Source: Thermodesulfovibrionales bacterium
GTDB lineage: Bacteria > Nitrospirota > Thermodesulfovibrionia > Thermodesulfovibrionales > SM23-35
Assembly (NCBI GenBank): GCA_963715195.1
Contig: CAVQRT010000031.1
Location: 192,001 to 256,000 of the forward strand
Length of the DNA stretch: 64,000 bases
Reading direction: 5' to 3'
Shown here: positions 10,060 to 19,099 of the stretch, one piece after another
How positions within the stretch are numbered: the first letter of the stretch is position 1
Layout of the letters: every line of letters begins with the position of its first letter
Translations under genes and position numbers: made by a program
Notes under the pieces: generated by a model
What the model was told of the DNA's origin: nothing
The model's input: the letters and a program-made list of their open reading frames with translations, nothing else
Database searches by the model: none

Positions 10060-11400
10060 TTATCTTGAATATCCGGTCTCGCCGTGCTGCGAAATATCGA
10101 GTCCGTGCAGTTCTGATTCCTGGTCAATCCTCAGGCCAATAAATGTATCGATTATTTTCAGGAGAATCACGGTCGCAATAAATGAATAGACTGCGGTAAC
10201 TGCCATTGCAGTCATCTGTGATGCAAGCAACTGGTGATTCCCGAACAACAATCCATTGCTTCCTGCGGGGTTGATGAGTGTCGATGCAAAGATACCCGTT
10301 GCAAAGGTCCCCACAAATCCGCCAACACCGTGCACACCGAAGGCATCAAGAGAATCGTCATAACCGAGATTTTTCTTCATGTTCAGGGAAAGATAGCAAA
10401 CTGCACCTGCTGCGAGACCTATGATTAAGGAAGACATAGGGCTCACAAATCCCGCAGCCGGAGTTATTGTCGCAAGTCCTGCAATCGAACCGGTTGCAGC
10501 ACCAAACATTGTCGGTTTTCCTCTGTGTATCCATTCGATGAGCACCCAGATAAGCGTGGCTGAGACGGCAGAAGTATGCGTTGCGACAAATGCCATGGTA
10601 CTTAACGTGCCGGCGGACAGAGCGCTTCCCGCATTGAATCCGAACCATCCAAACCAGAGCAGACCTGCGCCCAGAACGGTCATGGGAAGATTATGCGGGT
10701 ACATGGCTTCCTGTAAATATCCTTTTCTTTTTCCGATGATCAATGCTGCGGCAAGGGCTGAAATTCCCGATATAAGATGAACAACAATACCACCGGCGAA
10801 ATCAAGGGCTCCCATCTTTTTCAACCATCCACCGGTACCCCAAACCCAGTGAGCGACCGGGTCGTAGACAAGGGTTGACCACAGGAGTATGAACAGGAGA
10901 TACGCTGAAAATTTCATTCGCTCCGCGAATGCCCCGGTGATGAGTGCAGGTGTAATTACCGCAAACATTGCCTGGTACATCATAAATGCGATGTGCGGAA
11001 CAGTCGGCGCATAATCAGGATTCGGCTCGATTCCGACACCATTCAATCCGATCCAGTCAAGGCTTCCGATGATCCCGTTTATGTCAGGGCCAAACGAGAG
11101 ACTGTATCCAACCAGTATCCACTGAACGCTTATCAGCGCAATCGCAACGAAACTCTGCATGATCGTACCGAGCACATTTTTTCCCCTCACCATGCCACCG
11201 TAAAAGAGCGCGAGCCCCGGAGTCATGAGCATCACGAGAGCTGTTGATATCAGTATCCAGGCAGTATCTCCCGTATCAACTGACGCTGCAGTCACAGCAG
11301 GAGCAACGTGCGTTGTTGCACCCGGCAGGTCTTCCCCAGACACAATGACCGGGAGAACCAGGAAAATGACTATTGAAAGGAAAATAAAGAATTTCGCCAT
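10060..11400 (-). CDS. amtB: Ammonium transporter Amt (copy 1)
   Basis: [42 protein letters not shown] (twin His); start moved to ATG 11400 after AGGAGG. Confidence 0.97.
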   Translation of the reverse strand: MAKFFIFLSIVIFLVLPVIVSGEDLPGATTHVAPAVTAASVDTGDTAWILISTALVMLMTPGLALFYGGMVRGKNVLGTIMQSFVAIALISVQWILVGYSLSFGPDINGIIGSLDWIGLNGVGIEPNPDYAPTVPHIAFMMYQAMFAVITPALITGAFAERMKFSAYLLFILLWSTLVYDPVAHWVWGTGGWLKKMGALDFAGGIVVHLISGISALAAALIIGKRKGYLQEAMYPHNLPMTVLGAGLLWFGWFGFNAGSALSAGTLSTMAFVATHTSAVSATLIWVLIEWIHRGKPTMFGAATGSIAGLATITPAAGFVSPMSSLIIGLAAGAVCYLSLNMKKNLGYDDSLDAFGVHGVGGFVGTFATGIFASTLINPAGSNGLLFGNHQLLASQMTAMAVTAVYSFIATVILLKIIDTFIGLRIDQESELHGLDISQHGETGYSR

Positions 11401-11439
11401 ATCCCCTCCTTTTGAATTATGATTCCAGGGAGAGCATAT

Positions 11440-11472
11440 ATCTAAAAACATGCCAGTTGTAACACATTGATT
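11440..11472 (-). promoter_or_regulatory. sigma54-type promoter (GG-N10-GA) with IHF site
   Basis: CTGGCATG-TTTT-TAGAT on minus strand; AATCAATGTGTTA (WATCAAN4TTR) at 11460-11472. Confidence 0.65.
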
Positions 11473-11516
11473 TATAGCCATAATTTAATGCGCGTTTTCT
11501 TTGTTGCCGAAAAATA

Positions 11517-11531
11517 CTACACTTTTGTCGG
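11517..11531. promoter_or_regulatory. Putative activator site CTACA-N4-TGTCG
   Basis: CTACACTTTTGTCGG, same motif as 11755-11785 and 14873-14905. Confidence 0.55.
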
Positions 11532-11601
11532 TAGAGATTTGTTCATCACTACTCCATGTCTCTGATAGATCTATTTAAATACTTGGCATGAGTCCATGTT
11601 A

Positions 11602-11673
11602 TGTCATCCTCCGGCTTGACTGGGGGATCCAGAATGTATTGAAAACAATGGATTCCCGCCTTCGCGGGAATGA
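11602..11673. repeat. Palindromic repeat family A (GTCATT/CC...GGAATGAC double hairpin)
   Basis: TGTCATCCTCCGGCTTGACTGGGGGATCCAG...TGGATTCCCGCCTTCGCGGGAATGA; weak outer inverted repeats at about 11562-11586 and 11690-11714. Confidence 0.75.
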
Positions 11674-11754
11674 TAACTCTCTGGAAAAACCATGGGTTAC
11701 AAACAGACTATGTGGCGCCATTTTCTTAAATCCATAGGATATATGCAGAAATCA

Positions 11755-11785
11755 TACAATTTTGTAGCTTCTACAATTTTGTCGG
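11755..11785. promoter_or_regulatory. Tandem putative enhancer (2x ACA-N4-TGT)
   Basis: TACAATTTTGTAG-ctt-CTACAATTTTGTCGG; near-identical inverted copy of 14873-14903. Confidence 0.65.
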
Positions 11786-11854
11786 AGAACTTCCGGAGGG
11801 TAAGAAACTCAGGGACTCAAATATCAATATGATTTTATTCATAAGGTTGTATTT

Positions 11855-11944
11855 TGTCATTGTCCGGCTTGACCGGACAATCCAGTAACGCGATCCTTGC
11901 GAGATTGAAAACACTGAATTCCCCGATCAAGTCGTGGAATGACA
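11855..11944. repeat. Palindromic repeat family A
   Basis: TGTCATTGTCCGGCTTGACCGGACAATCCAG...CTGAATTCCCCGATCAAGTCGTGGAATGACA just after glnK. Confidence 0.8.
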
Positions 11945-11971
11945 GAAAACCTAAATCTTAATGGATAATAC

Positions 11972-12366
<395 letters not shown>

Positions 12367-12405
12367 TTATAAGATATCTTTTCCCTACATACTATCTACT
12401 TTTTT

Positions 12406-13770
12406 TTACAGGCTGTATGCCTTTTCACCGTGCTGGCTTTCATCAAGACCGGTGATTTCATGTTCCTCGTGGACCCTGATACCGGTTATCGCTTTCACGA
12501 TCCCGAAGATAATCAGAGTAGCGACAGCACTGTAAACCATAGTTACTACAACAGCGATAATCTGGGTCAGGAGCTGCCCGGGATTACCATACAGAAGCCC
12601 TTTCCCAAGTTCGTTAACCGAAGGATCCGCAAATATCCCCGTCAGTATAGCACCCAGGATTCCACCGACTCCATGGATTCCGAATGCATCGAGTGAATCG
12701 TCATACCCGAGTTTTGGCTTGATCGCTGCGACAGCAAAGTACGGAACGATACCCGCCAGAAGCCCGATGATGAGAGCGCCATTGATATTCACGAAACCAG
12801 CAGCAGGGGTGATCGCCACAAGTCCTGCAACCGCTCCTGAGGCAAGTCCAAGAACAGTCGGTTTTTTCGTATGCATCCATTCCACAAACATCCACGAGAT
12901 AGCTGCCATTGCAGCTGCAGAGTTGGTATTAATGAATGCTGCCCCAGCAAGTCCGTTTGCTGCAACGGCAGATCCTGCGTTGAATCCGAACCACCCGAAC
13001 CAGAGCAGTCCGGCACCGGTTACCACAAGGGTCAGATTGCTTGGTTTCAGGGCTGCCTCTTTTCTCTTGCCAAGCATCAGGGCTCCCATAAGGGCTGCGA
13101 TACCTGCGTTGATATGCACGACGGTTCCACCGGCAAAGTCCAGTGCCCCCAGTTGCGCAAGGAAGCCACCGCCCCATACCCAGTGGGCTACGGGAACATA
13201 CACAAGGGTCATCCACAGTATCGAGAAGAGCACCCATGCAGAAAATTTCATTCTTTCGATAAACGCACCACTTGCGAGGGCCACGGTTATCGCTGCAAAG
13301 GTCATCTGGAATACAACGAATATGTATTCAGGAATAGTCCCCGAGAGGCTGTTGAATTCTACCCCTGCAAGCATGAGTTTTTCTGTCCCGCCAATGATCC
13401 CCTTTATGTCAGTGCCAAAAACGAGGGTATACCCGTATACCACCCAGAGGATGCTCACAATACAGTATGTTACAAAGGACATCGCCATGGTATTCAGGGT
13501 GTCCTTCCGCTTTGCAAGTCCTCCGTAAAAGAGCGCGAGTCCCGGTAGTGTCATGAGCATGACCAGGGCGGTTGCCACAATCATCCATGCAGTGTCACCG
13601 GTATCAATTTTAGCCGGTTCTGCTGCCACCGCTGCTTCTGGAGCAGGCTGAGCAGGCGATGCCTGCTCAGCTGCCGGAGGGGTAGGAGGGTTTGTTACCA
13701 CCTCTTCTGCAAACACTATCCCACTGATAATTGTTAAAAATAAAAATATGAGAATAGTAAATCGTTTCAT
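12406..13770 (-). CDS. amtB: Ammonium transporter Amt (copy 2)
   Basis: Signal peptide, Pro/Ala linker, [30 protein letters not shown]. Confidence 0.97.
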   Translation of the reverse strand: MKRFTILIFLFLTIISGIVFAEEVVTNPPTPPAAEQASPAQPAPEAAVAAEPAKIDTGDTAWMIVATALVMLMTLPGLALFYGGLAKRKDTLNTMAMSFVTYCIVSILWVVYGYTLVFGTDIKGIIGGTEKLMLAGVEFNSLSGTIPEYIFVVFQMTFAAITVALASGAFIERMKFSAWVLFSILWMTLVYVPVAHWVWGGGFLAQLGALDFAGGTVVHINAGIAALMGALMLGKRKEAALKPSNLTLVVTGAGLLWFGWFGFNAGSAVAANGLAGAAFINTNSAAAMAAISWMFVEWMHTKKPTVLGLASGAVAGLVAITPAAGFVNINGALIIGLLAGIVPYFAVAAIKPKLGYDDSLDAFGIHGVGGILGAILTGIFADPSVNELGKGLLYGNPGQLLTQIIAVVVTMVYSAVATLIIFGIVKAITGIRVHEEHEITGLDESQHGEKAYSL

Positions 13771-13782
13771 CGCAAACCTCCT

Positions 13783-14547
13783 TTAAAAACTTAACGTTAC
13801 ATTAATCCCGCCGTAGAAGATATCCTTGTCGCCGTCGTCGCTGTAAGCTTTCAGAGCTTCTTCAGAGTCGTCACTCAGAGGAAAGGAGTAGGCGATTTTA
13901 GGTGTTACCGTAATAGCCTTCCATACGGGAATATTCAATGATGCAGATAATTCAGCGTTATAGAAATTGCTGAAATCTTCGCCGTCTTCATCAGGGCCCA
14001 TTATCTTGTTATTTATGTTATAGCTTACATATGCGCCCAGATTCAGGTTAGCTCCCTTTGCTACTTCTAATGAATGTCCTATGGATGCCATGACAAATGC
14101 GCCGTTTCCCTCGTCAAAGTCGTAATAGACAGTGAGAGACGGTTTCAGCAGCGTATCATAAGCAGCTGAAAGATATAATTCCTGTGTGTCAGGTGCACCA
14201 TTCAGACCGTAATAAATATAGCCTGTACCGAATGTCCACTTGTCGAGGGACCGGGTGTAGCTCAAAGTCAGGTCGGTTTCACTCACCTCGCCGTGCCCAT
14301 CGCCTTCATCGACCTTTGCATCTGAATCATAGTTAGCCCAGAGGTTTGCCCCGAACACACCATATGTAATTGCCACAGATGGCTGGACAACCCAGCTGTT
14401 GCTGAGCTTCTGACCCCTCCATACATAATTGCTCATTACGTCAACCGATGCAAAACCCGATGTCTCTATTTCCCCGGCAAACGCAGCGCCGGAGGCACAT
14501 AATATTGCTAGAACGACTGTGATACTGAAAACTCTCAAATTTTTCAT
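13783..14547 (-). CDS. Putative outer-membrane beta-barrel (TorF/MipA-like) porin
   Basis: Signal peptide, SNYVWRG..LS motif, alternating beta-strand pattern, C-terminal Phe; upstream of amtB-glnK. Confidence 0.75.
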   Translation of the reverse strand: MKNLRVFSITVVLAILCASGAAFAGEIETSGFASVDVMSNYVWRGQKLSNSWVVQPSVAITYGVFGANLWANYDSDAKVDEGDGHGEVSETDLTLSYTRSLDKWTFGTGYIYYGLNGAPDTQELYLSAAYDTLLKPSLTVYYDFDEGNGAFVMASIGHSLEVAKGANLNLGAYVSYNINNKIMGPDEDGEDFSNFYNAELSASLNIPVWKAITVTPKIAYSFPLSDDSEEALKAYSDDGDKDIFYGGINVTLSF

Positions 14548-14584
14548 TTTCTGACCTCCTGTTTTTTTCTTTAAATTTTGCAGG

Positions 14585-14610
14585 GCAACCCCGAAAGCAT
14601 TCGGGGCTGC
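14585..14610 (-). other. RNA hairpin between HTH gene and porin gene
   Basis: GCAGCCCCGAA-UGCU-UUCGGGGUUGC pairs fully (with G.U) only on the minus-strand transcript; no U-tract. Confidence 0.55.
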
Positions 14611-14612
14611 GA

Positions 14613-14789
14613 CTACCTATTATTTCCCGTCTCCTTTCTTATGTTGTATTTCCTGATCTTGTATCCGATCATCCTTTCGGTTATGCCGAGTTTCCCTGCT
14701 GCCCTCGACATAATCCAATTGGACTCCTTCAATGCATTCAGTATTTCTTCCTGTTCAATTTCCTGGACTTTGTCTGTCAGATATCCCAT
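14613..14789 (-). CDS. 58-aa stand-alone Fis-type (NifA C-terminal-like) HTH protein; absent from ORF track
   Basis: Hand translation MGYLTDKVQEIEQEEILNALKESNWIMSRAAGKLGITERMIGYKIRKYNIRKETGNNR; AGGT 7 nt before ATG; aligns with the C-terminus of 57328-58851. Confidence 0.85.
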   Translation of the reverse strand: MGYLTDKVQEIEQEEILNALKESNWIMSRAAGKLGITERMIGYKIRKYNIRKETGNNR

Positions 14790-14811
14790 CGTGAATACCT
14801 GTCATGATTAT

Positions 14812-14845
14812 ATCCAAAACCGTGCCAAGAGGTAACATATTGATT
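14812..14845 (-). promoter_or_regulatory. sigma54-type promoter (GG-N10-GA) with IHF site
   Basis: TTGGCACG-GTTT-TGGAT; AATCAATATGTTA at 14833-14845. Confidence 0.8.
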
Positions 14846-14872
14846 TAATGTGATTCTACGAAGTATAAAATG

Positions 14873-14905
14873 CGACAAAATTGTATGAAGCTACAAATAT
14901 GTAGG
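14873..14905. promoter_or_regulatory. Tandem putative enhancer (2x ACA-N4-TGT)
   Basis: CGACAAAATTGTATGAAGCTACAAATATGTAGG, about 50-80 bp upstream of the -24 box. Confidence 0.7.
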
Positions 14906-15001
14906 TAAAATGCAGTCACGTTGGGATATGGGCCTCCGATGAAACCCTTTGGAAGTAATGTTGACGATCGAGAAGAGCTGCTTACCTAGCGGAGATATTT
15001 C

Positions 15002-15853
15002 CTATAAAGTTTTATACTCCCCAGTTTCCCTGAAGACGCACATAAGGTGAGTTTTACCTCCCACGACAAAGGGAGCTGCGGAGACATGAACAGAAACAAG
15101 GCTGCCATCCTTTCTCAACAAAGAAATATTGCTCGCGATGTCTATCTCTTCTCTCAGTAACTTCCTAAATTGTGCCATAATATACGGCATATCTTTTTGT
15201 GGATATATATCATCAATCTTGAGTTGCTTGAACTCTTCTCGGCTGTACCCCAGCATTTGATAGAGCGTTTTGTTTACCATGAAAGTTTTTCGCTCTGTCA
15301 TATCGATAAGATGAATGCCGTGATTTGCATAATCAAAAATTTTCCTGAATCTGCCTTCTGATTCTCTCAGTGAAGCTTCGGTTCGTCTGAACTCAGTTAT
15401 ATCTCTCAGGATATGAACAATCCTTACCATCTTGCCATTTTCGTCGAATATAGGATCACTTGAAACTTGCAACCACATGTCTTTCGCGGATAGATAACAC
15501 TCTGCCTCTTCATGTTTTTTTGAGTGATTTATTACGTTAAGAGGACATTCTCTGGGTGCGGAATCTATTTCGTGAATCAATCTGTAGCAGGTCTTACCAA
15601 TGATCTTATGGATAGGTTTTTTGAGAAATCGGGAAGTTGCAAGGTTTGCGTCTATGATACGAAATTTGGTGTCGAGCACCAGGCTGAAATCTTTTGCTGC
15701 ATCAAAGGATGACTGTAAATCTCTTAGTGCATTTTGTGTTTTATCCTTTTCTTTCCCCCGTTCTTTTTCTTTTGCCTCCAACCTCGTCACTTTCTGATGT
15801 GCCTTGACAAGCTCCTTAATGAGTTGGTCTTTTGTTTTGTTGCTGTGTTCCAC
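15002..15853 (-). CDS. Two-PAS-domain protein without output domain
   Basis: KTKDQLIKEL coiled coil, two PAS/PAC repeats (RDITE...LRESEGRFRKIF), stop right after the second PAC. Confidence 0.75.
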   Translation of the reverse strand: MEHSNKTKDQLIKELVKAHQKVTRLEAKEKERGKEKDKTQNALRDLQSSFDAAKDFSLVLDTKFRIIDANLATSRFLKKPIHKIIGKTCYRLIHEIDSAPRECPLNVINHSKKHEEAECYLSAKDMWLQVSSDPIFDENGKMVRIVHILRDITEFRRTEASLRESEGRFRKIFDYANHGIHLIDMTERKTFMVNKTLYQMLGYSREEFKQLKIDDIYPQKDMPYIMAQFRKLLREEIDIASNISLLRKDGSLVSVHVSAAPFVVGGKTHLMCVFRETGEYKTL

Positions 15854-16054
15854 TGCTTTATCCTGTTACTGCGTCCTGATTAACTTTTTCTTTCTTCTAT
15901 GTCATTTCCTGACGCGCTCCTCTGTATAGATGAGAGCACGAAATGGATATTTTGTCAATCCTTTTTATCAATCAGGAAATGCCGCGATGTTCTGTTTCAA
16001 AACAAGTTGATTTTGGATTGAAGAGTTGTTGCTTTTGGGAAAGATTGATTGTGT

Positions 16055-16318
16055 TTAGCGGGGTAGAAATATCATGTTGTCACCGTTAATGATTAGTTCA
16101 ACGTCTAAAACTTTAGCGATACCAAAGGCGACATCAAGTGGAATCCGTATTATACCCTTTTCATATTTATAAATTTGCTGTTGGGCGATTTCTTCAGATA
16201 AGCCGATAGTGATGCCGAGATAATATTGAGATATGCCTCTATTCTCGCGGATTTCCTTTAATAGGGACCCTATATTTCTATTTATATCATCGTCGACTTT
16301 TATAATTCTGGATTCCAT
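16055..16318 (-). CDS. XRE-family HTH regulator (copy 1)
   Basis: IGSLLKEIRENRGISQ..LG...QQQIYKYEKG..RIP. Confidence 0.85.
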   Translation of the reverse strand: MESRIIKVDDDINRNIGSLLKEIRENRGISQYYLGITIGLSEEIAQQQIYKYEKGIIRIPLDVAFGIAKVLDVELIINGDNMIFLPR

Positions 16319-16320
16319 TA

Positions 16321-16794
16321 TTAGGCCTTATATTTTGATACCACACCTTTTTGTGATGGAAGTCTCCGCAAAAAATTGCTAATGATATCAGTAAGTGTAA
16401 CAATGCCAACAAGTTTTCCTTCATTGACAACAGGTATCTGTTTTACCCTGCGGAGTAACATTATAGAACCAGCTCTAATACTTGGGACGCCACTATTAAT
16501 GGTAATAGGAGGCGAACCCATTATATCTTTGACTTTCATTTCAAAAAGTTTACCGATACGTTCCTCGATATGCTCAAGCTCTGACATATATTGCTCCTCT
16601 TCAATACTCTCAGGGTAACGGGGTAAGATTGCCTTGAAAATATCAGTTTTCGTAATAACGCCAACAACCTTTTCCCCCTCCTTAACAACAAGGCCATTAA
16701 CTCGCGTTTTTTCGAGTATTTTCGAACATTCCTTCAAACTACTATGTGGACTGATTGTATGTACTTTTTTGCTCATAATTTTGTCAATATTCAT
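16321..16794 (-). CDS. CBS-pair domain protein
   Basis: IMSKKVHTI...VVGVITKTDI; VKDIM...IPVVNEGKLVGIVTLTDI. Confidence 0.9.
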   Translation of the reverse strand: MNIDKIMSKKVHTISPHSSLKECSKILEKTRVNGLVVKEGEKVVGVITKTDIFKAILPRYPESIEEEQYMSELEHIEERIGKLFEMKVKDIMGSPPITINSGVPSIRAGSIMLLRRVKQIPVVNEGKLVGIVTLTDIISNFLRRLPSQKGVVSKYKA

Positions 16795-16940
16795 AGTTAT
16801 CCCCCCGGTATAAGATTATGTTAACAATATCTCTGTGCTTGTTATTTATAAATACCTAATATTTTCTAAAAGGATAAAGCTACTGGATGCAACATGCATA
16901 GGTATTATTCTGATACCACTCCAATCTTTTTTTTGCATTT

Positions 16941-17243
16941 TTAGCGGGGTATCAGTATCATCTTATTGCTGTTGAAGATAAGATCAATGCTTAGGGTTTT
17001 AGCTATTTTAACGGTGATGTCGATTGGAATACGAATTATGCCTTTTTCATATTTGTAGATATGTTGCTGCGCAATGTCCTCCGAGAGACCAATAGCTATA
17101 CCCAGATCATGTTGAGATATCCCCCTGGCCTCGCGGAACTCCCTAAAATATGTTCCTATGCGGTTGTTTATCTCATTTCTATCTTCAACTTCAACAATTT
17201 TGGTTTCCAAAGGTGGTAACGAGCGGGCGCTTTTTCTGTTCAT
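16941..17243 (-). CDS. XRE-family HTH regulator (copy 2)
   Basis: REARGISQHDLG...QQHIYKYEKGIIRIP; close paralog of 16055-16318. Confidence 0.85.
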   Translation of the reverse strand: MNRKSARSLPPLETKIVEVEDRNEINNRIGTYFREFREARGISQHDLGIAIGLSEDIAQQHIYKYEKGIIRIPIDITVKIAKTLSIDLIFNSNKMILIPR

Positions 17244-17258
17244 GTTAACTCCTTCTTC

Positions 17259-18848
17259 CTACATATGACCTACTGATGGTTTATAGAATGGATGTTGAGA
17301 GTAAGCAGAATTGTATTTTCGGGTAGGATTAGTTTTTAACAGATCAAATGCATTCTGGAGTTGAATATCTTTTTTTTCATCAATTGTCATTCTAACAATT
17401 TCTTCAGCTACATCTGTCTTTTCAGTTTCCCAATCAGTCAGATGTATTTCAGGATTTTTTTCTCCTATATCGTGGCCTGACTGTTGACCTAGTCTTATGT
17501 TTGGTTTGACAGCAATATCAGGTGAAATCCCAATTGACTGTATTGAGATTCCTTTTGGCGTATAATACTTTGCTATCGTCAGTTTTACCGCCGAACCATC
17601 CTTAAGGGGTACAACCGACTGAACAGAACCCTTCCCGTAAGTTGTCGTTCCAAGAATAGTAGCCCTATGCCAGTCTTTAAAAGCACCTGCAACTATTTCG
17701 GCGGCACTCGCGGTATTTTCATTGACAAGAACAACTACTGGTAACGCTAAGTAAGGATTATTCTCAGAGCTTCTATGCTCTTTCTTCTGACCTTTTCTAT
17801 TTATTGTATATACCACTAATTTTCCAGAAGGTATGAACTGGCTTGCAACCTTAACTGCGCTATGAAGGAGTCCGCCAGGATTATTCCTAAGATCGAGAAT
17901 AAGACATTTCATATTCTCCCGTTTCAGTTCTGCCATTGCGGCAGAAAATTCTGATGCAGTTTGCTGTTGAAACTGGTGAATTTTTATATAACCTATGCCG
18001 TGTTTGAGCATTTTTGATTTGACACTTTTTATTTTTATTATTTCCCGTGTGATGGTGAAATCCTTTTTCTCTTTCCAGCCATCCCTGAGGATGGTTATCT
18101 TTACCGTAGTTGATGGATTCCCCTTGATCTTGTTAGCGGCATCTTGAAGGCTCATATCTCTGGTAAACACGTTGTTTACCTTCATGATCTTGTCACCGGC
18201 TTTTATGCCGGCCCTGAATGCAGGAGTATTTTCTAGAGATTCGATAACTGTCAGCATGTTTTCTCTCATTCCTGTTTGTATCCCTATTCCTCCGAACTCT
18301 CCTTCTGTCCCATCTTTTATCTCCTTATATTGTTCAGGGATTATGAAAGCAGAATGAGGGTCGAGAGATCCTATCATTCCATTGATTGCACTGTACACCA
18401 AATTTTTCGATTGTATAGCTGTCTGCAATTCTTCAGCATAATTTTCACTGACAAGGGTCAGAGCCTCTCTAAATACTCTTGTCCCCTCGTCTCCATTACC
18501 CGCTGCTTCTATTGTGTTTAACAGGTTGTTTATGAAAATGCGTTTTGAGTCCACGTAATGCTCTCTATCCAGTTTGGGAGTCTCAAGAGAAGCATGTTGA
18601 TCGAGAGACCCCATCATTCCGTTGAGAGCGCTGAGCATAAGATCCTTCGTTTGCACATCTTCTATATAGTTGTTTCTAACAAGAGCTACTGCTTGTTGAA
18701 ATACTTTTATCCCCTCGTTTCTCTTAACCTCTGCTTCTAAATTGCATAAGACTTTGCTTAAAAAAGTAATAGTTACGATAACGGTAATTATCATAACCAG
18801 CGAGAGTATTGCTCTTTTGTCAATCATTTTCTTCTGTATTCTTTTCAT
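17259..18848 (-). CDS. S41A carboxy-terminal processing protease (CtpA/Prc-like) with PDZ
   Basis: N-terminal TM, LDPHS, FGGIGI (PDZ), LDLRNNPGGLL, TASAAEI (Ser), GKGSVQ (Lys), YYTPKG. Confidence 0.93.
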   Translation of the reverse strand: MKRIQKKMIDKRAILSLVMIITVIVTITFLSKVLCNLEAEVKRNEGIKVFQQAVALVRNNYIEDVQTKDLMLSALNGMMGSLDQHASLETPKLDREHYVDSKRIFINNLLNTIEAAGNGDEGTRVFREALTLVSENYAEELQTAIQSKNLVYSAINGMIGSLDPHSAFIIPEQYKEIKDGTEGEFGGIGIQTGMRENMLTVIESLENTPAFRAGIKAGDKIMKVNNVFTRDMSLQDAANKIKGNPSTTVKITILRDGWKEKKDFTITREIIKIKSVKSKMLKHGIGYIKIHQFQQQTASEFSAAMAELKRENMKCLILDLRNNPGGLLHSAVKVASQFIPSGKLVVYTINRKGQKKEHRSSENNPYLALPVVVLVNENTASAAEIVAGAFKDWHRATILGTTTYGKGSVQSVVPLKDGSAVKLTIAKYYTPKGISIQSIGISPDIAVKPNIRLGQQSGHDIGEKNPEIHLTDWETEKTDVAEEIVRMTIDEKKDIQLQNAFDLLKTNPTRKYNSAYSQHPFYKPSVGHM

Positions 18849-18900
18849 ACAGATTCATCTCCTTCCCAAACATTTATTGCATTGTTTCTGAATTCCATCT

Positions 18901-18915
18901 AAACAATAAATGTTT
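18901..18915. promoter_or_regulatory. Putative operator AAACA-N5-TGTTT
   Basis: AAACAATAAATGTTT upstream of the protease gene; partial inverted copy at 18868-18879. Confidence 0.5.
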
Positions 18916-18992
18916 ATATCTATAGCTTGAGATTTTTTTATTCTTTAAACAATCAGGAGAATTTAGAATTTTATGTAATAAAATTTAAAAAA

Positions 18993-19059
18993 AACTTGTA
19001 GGGAAATGCCTAGGAACTTGTAGGGAAATGCCTAGGGAACTTGTAGGGAAATGCCTGGG
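18993..19059. repeat. 3x tandem repeat (22/23/22 bp), likely response-regulator sites
   Basis: AACTTGTAGGGAAATGCCT identical three times; internal TAGG-N6-CCTA dyad. Confidence 0.9.
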
Positions 19060-19099
19060 AATTCTTTCAGGTGGCGTAAATGTAAGGTATGCCTTTTAC

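Noticed and set aside
11401..11481. ORF-track N-terminal extension of amtB
   Set aside because: Spans the promoter and IHF site; a strong AGGAGG precedes ATG 11400
12719..13548. Long antisense ORFs over amtB (likewise over dnaK, DASS and glt genes)
   Set aside because: Shadows of well-supported genes on the opposite strand, with no RBS or recognisable motifs
14578..14835. Plus-strand 85-aa ORF
   Set aside because: Antisense shadow of the 58-aa HTH gene and its promoter
18993..19059. CRISPR array
   Set aside because: Repeats are contiguous with no unique spacers, and no cas genes are present
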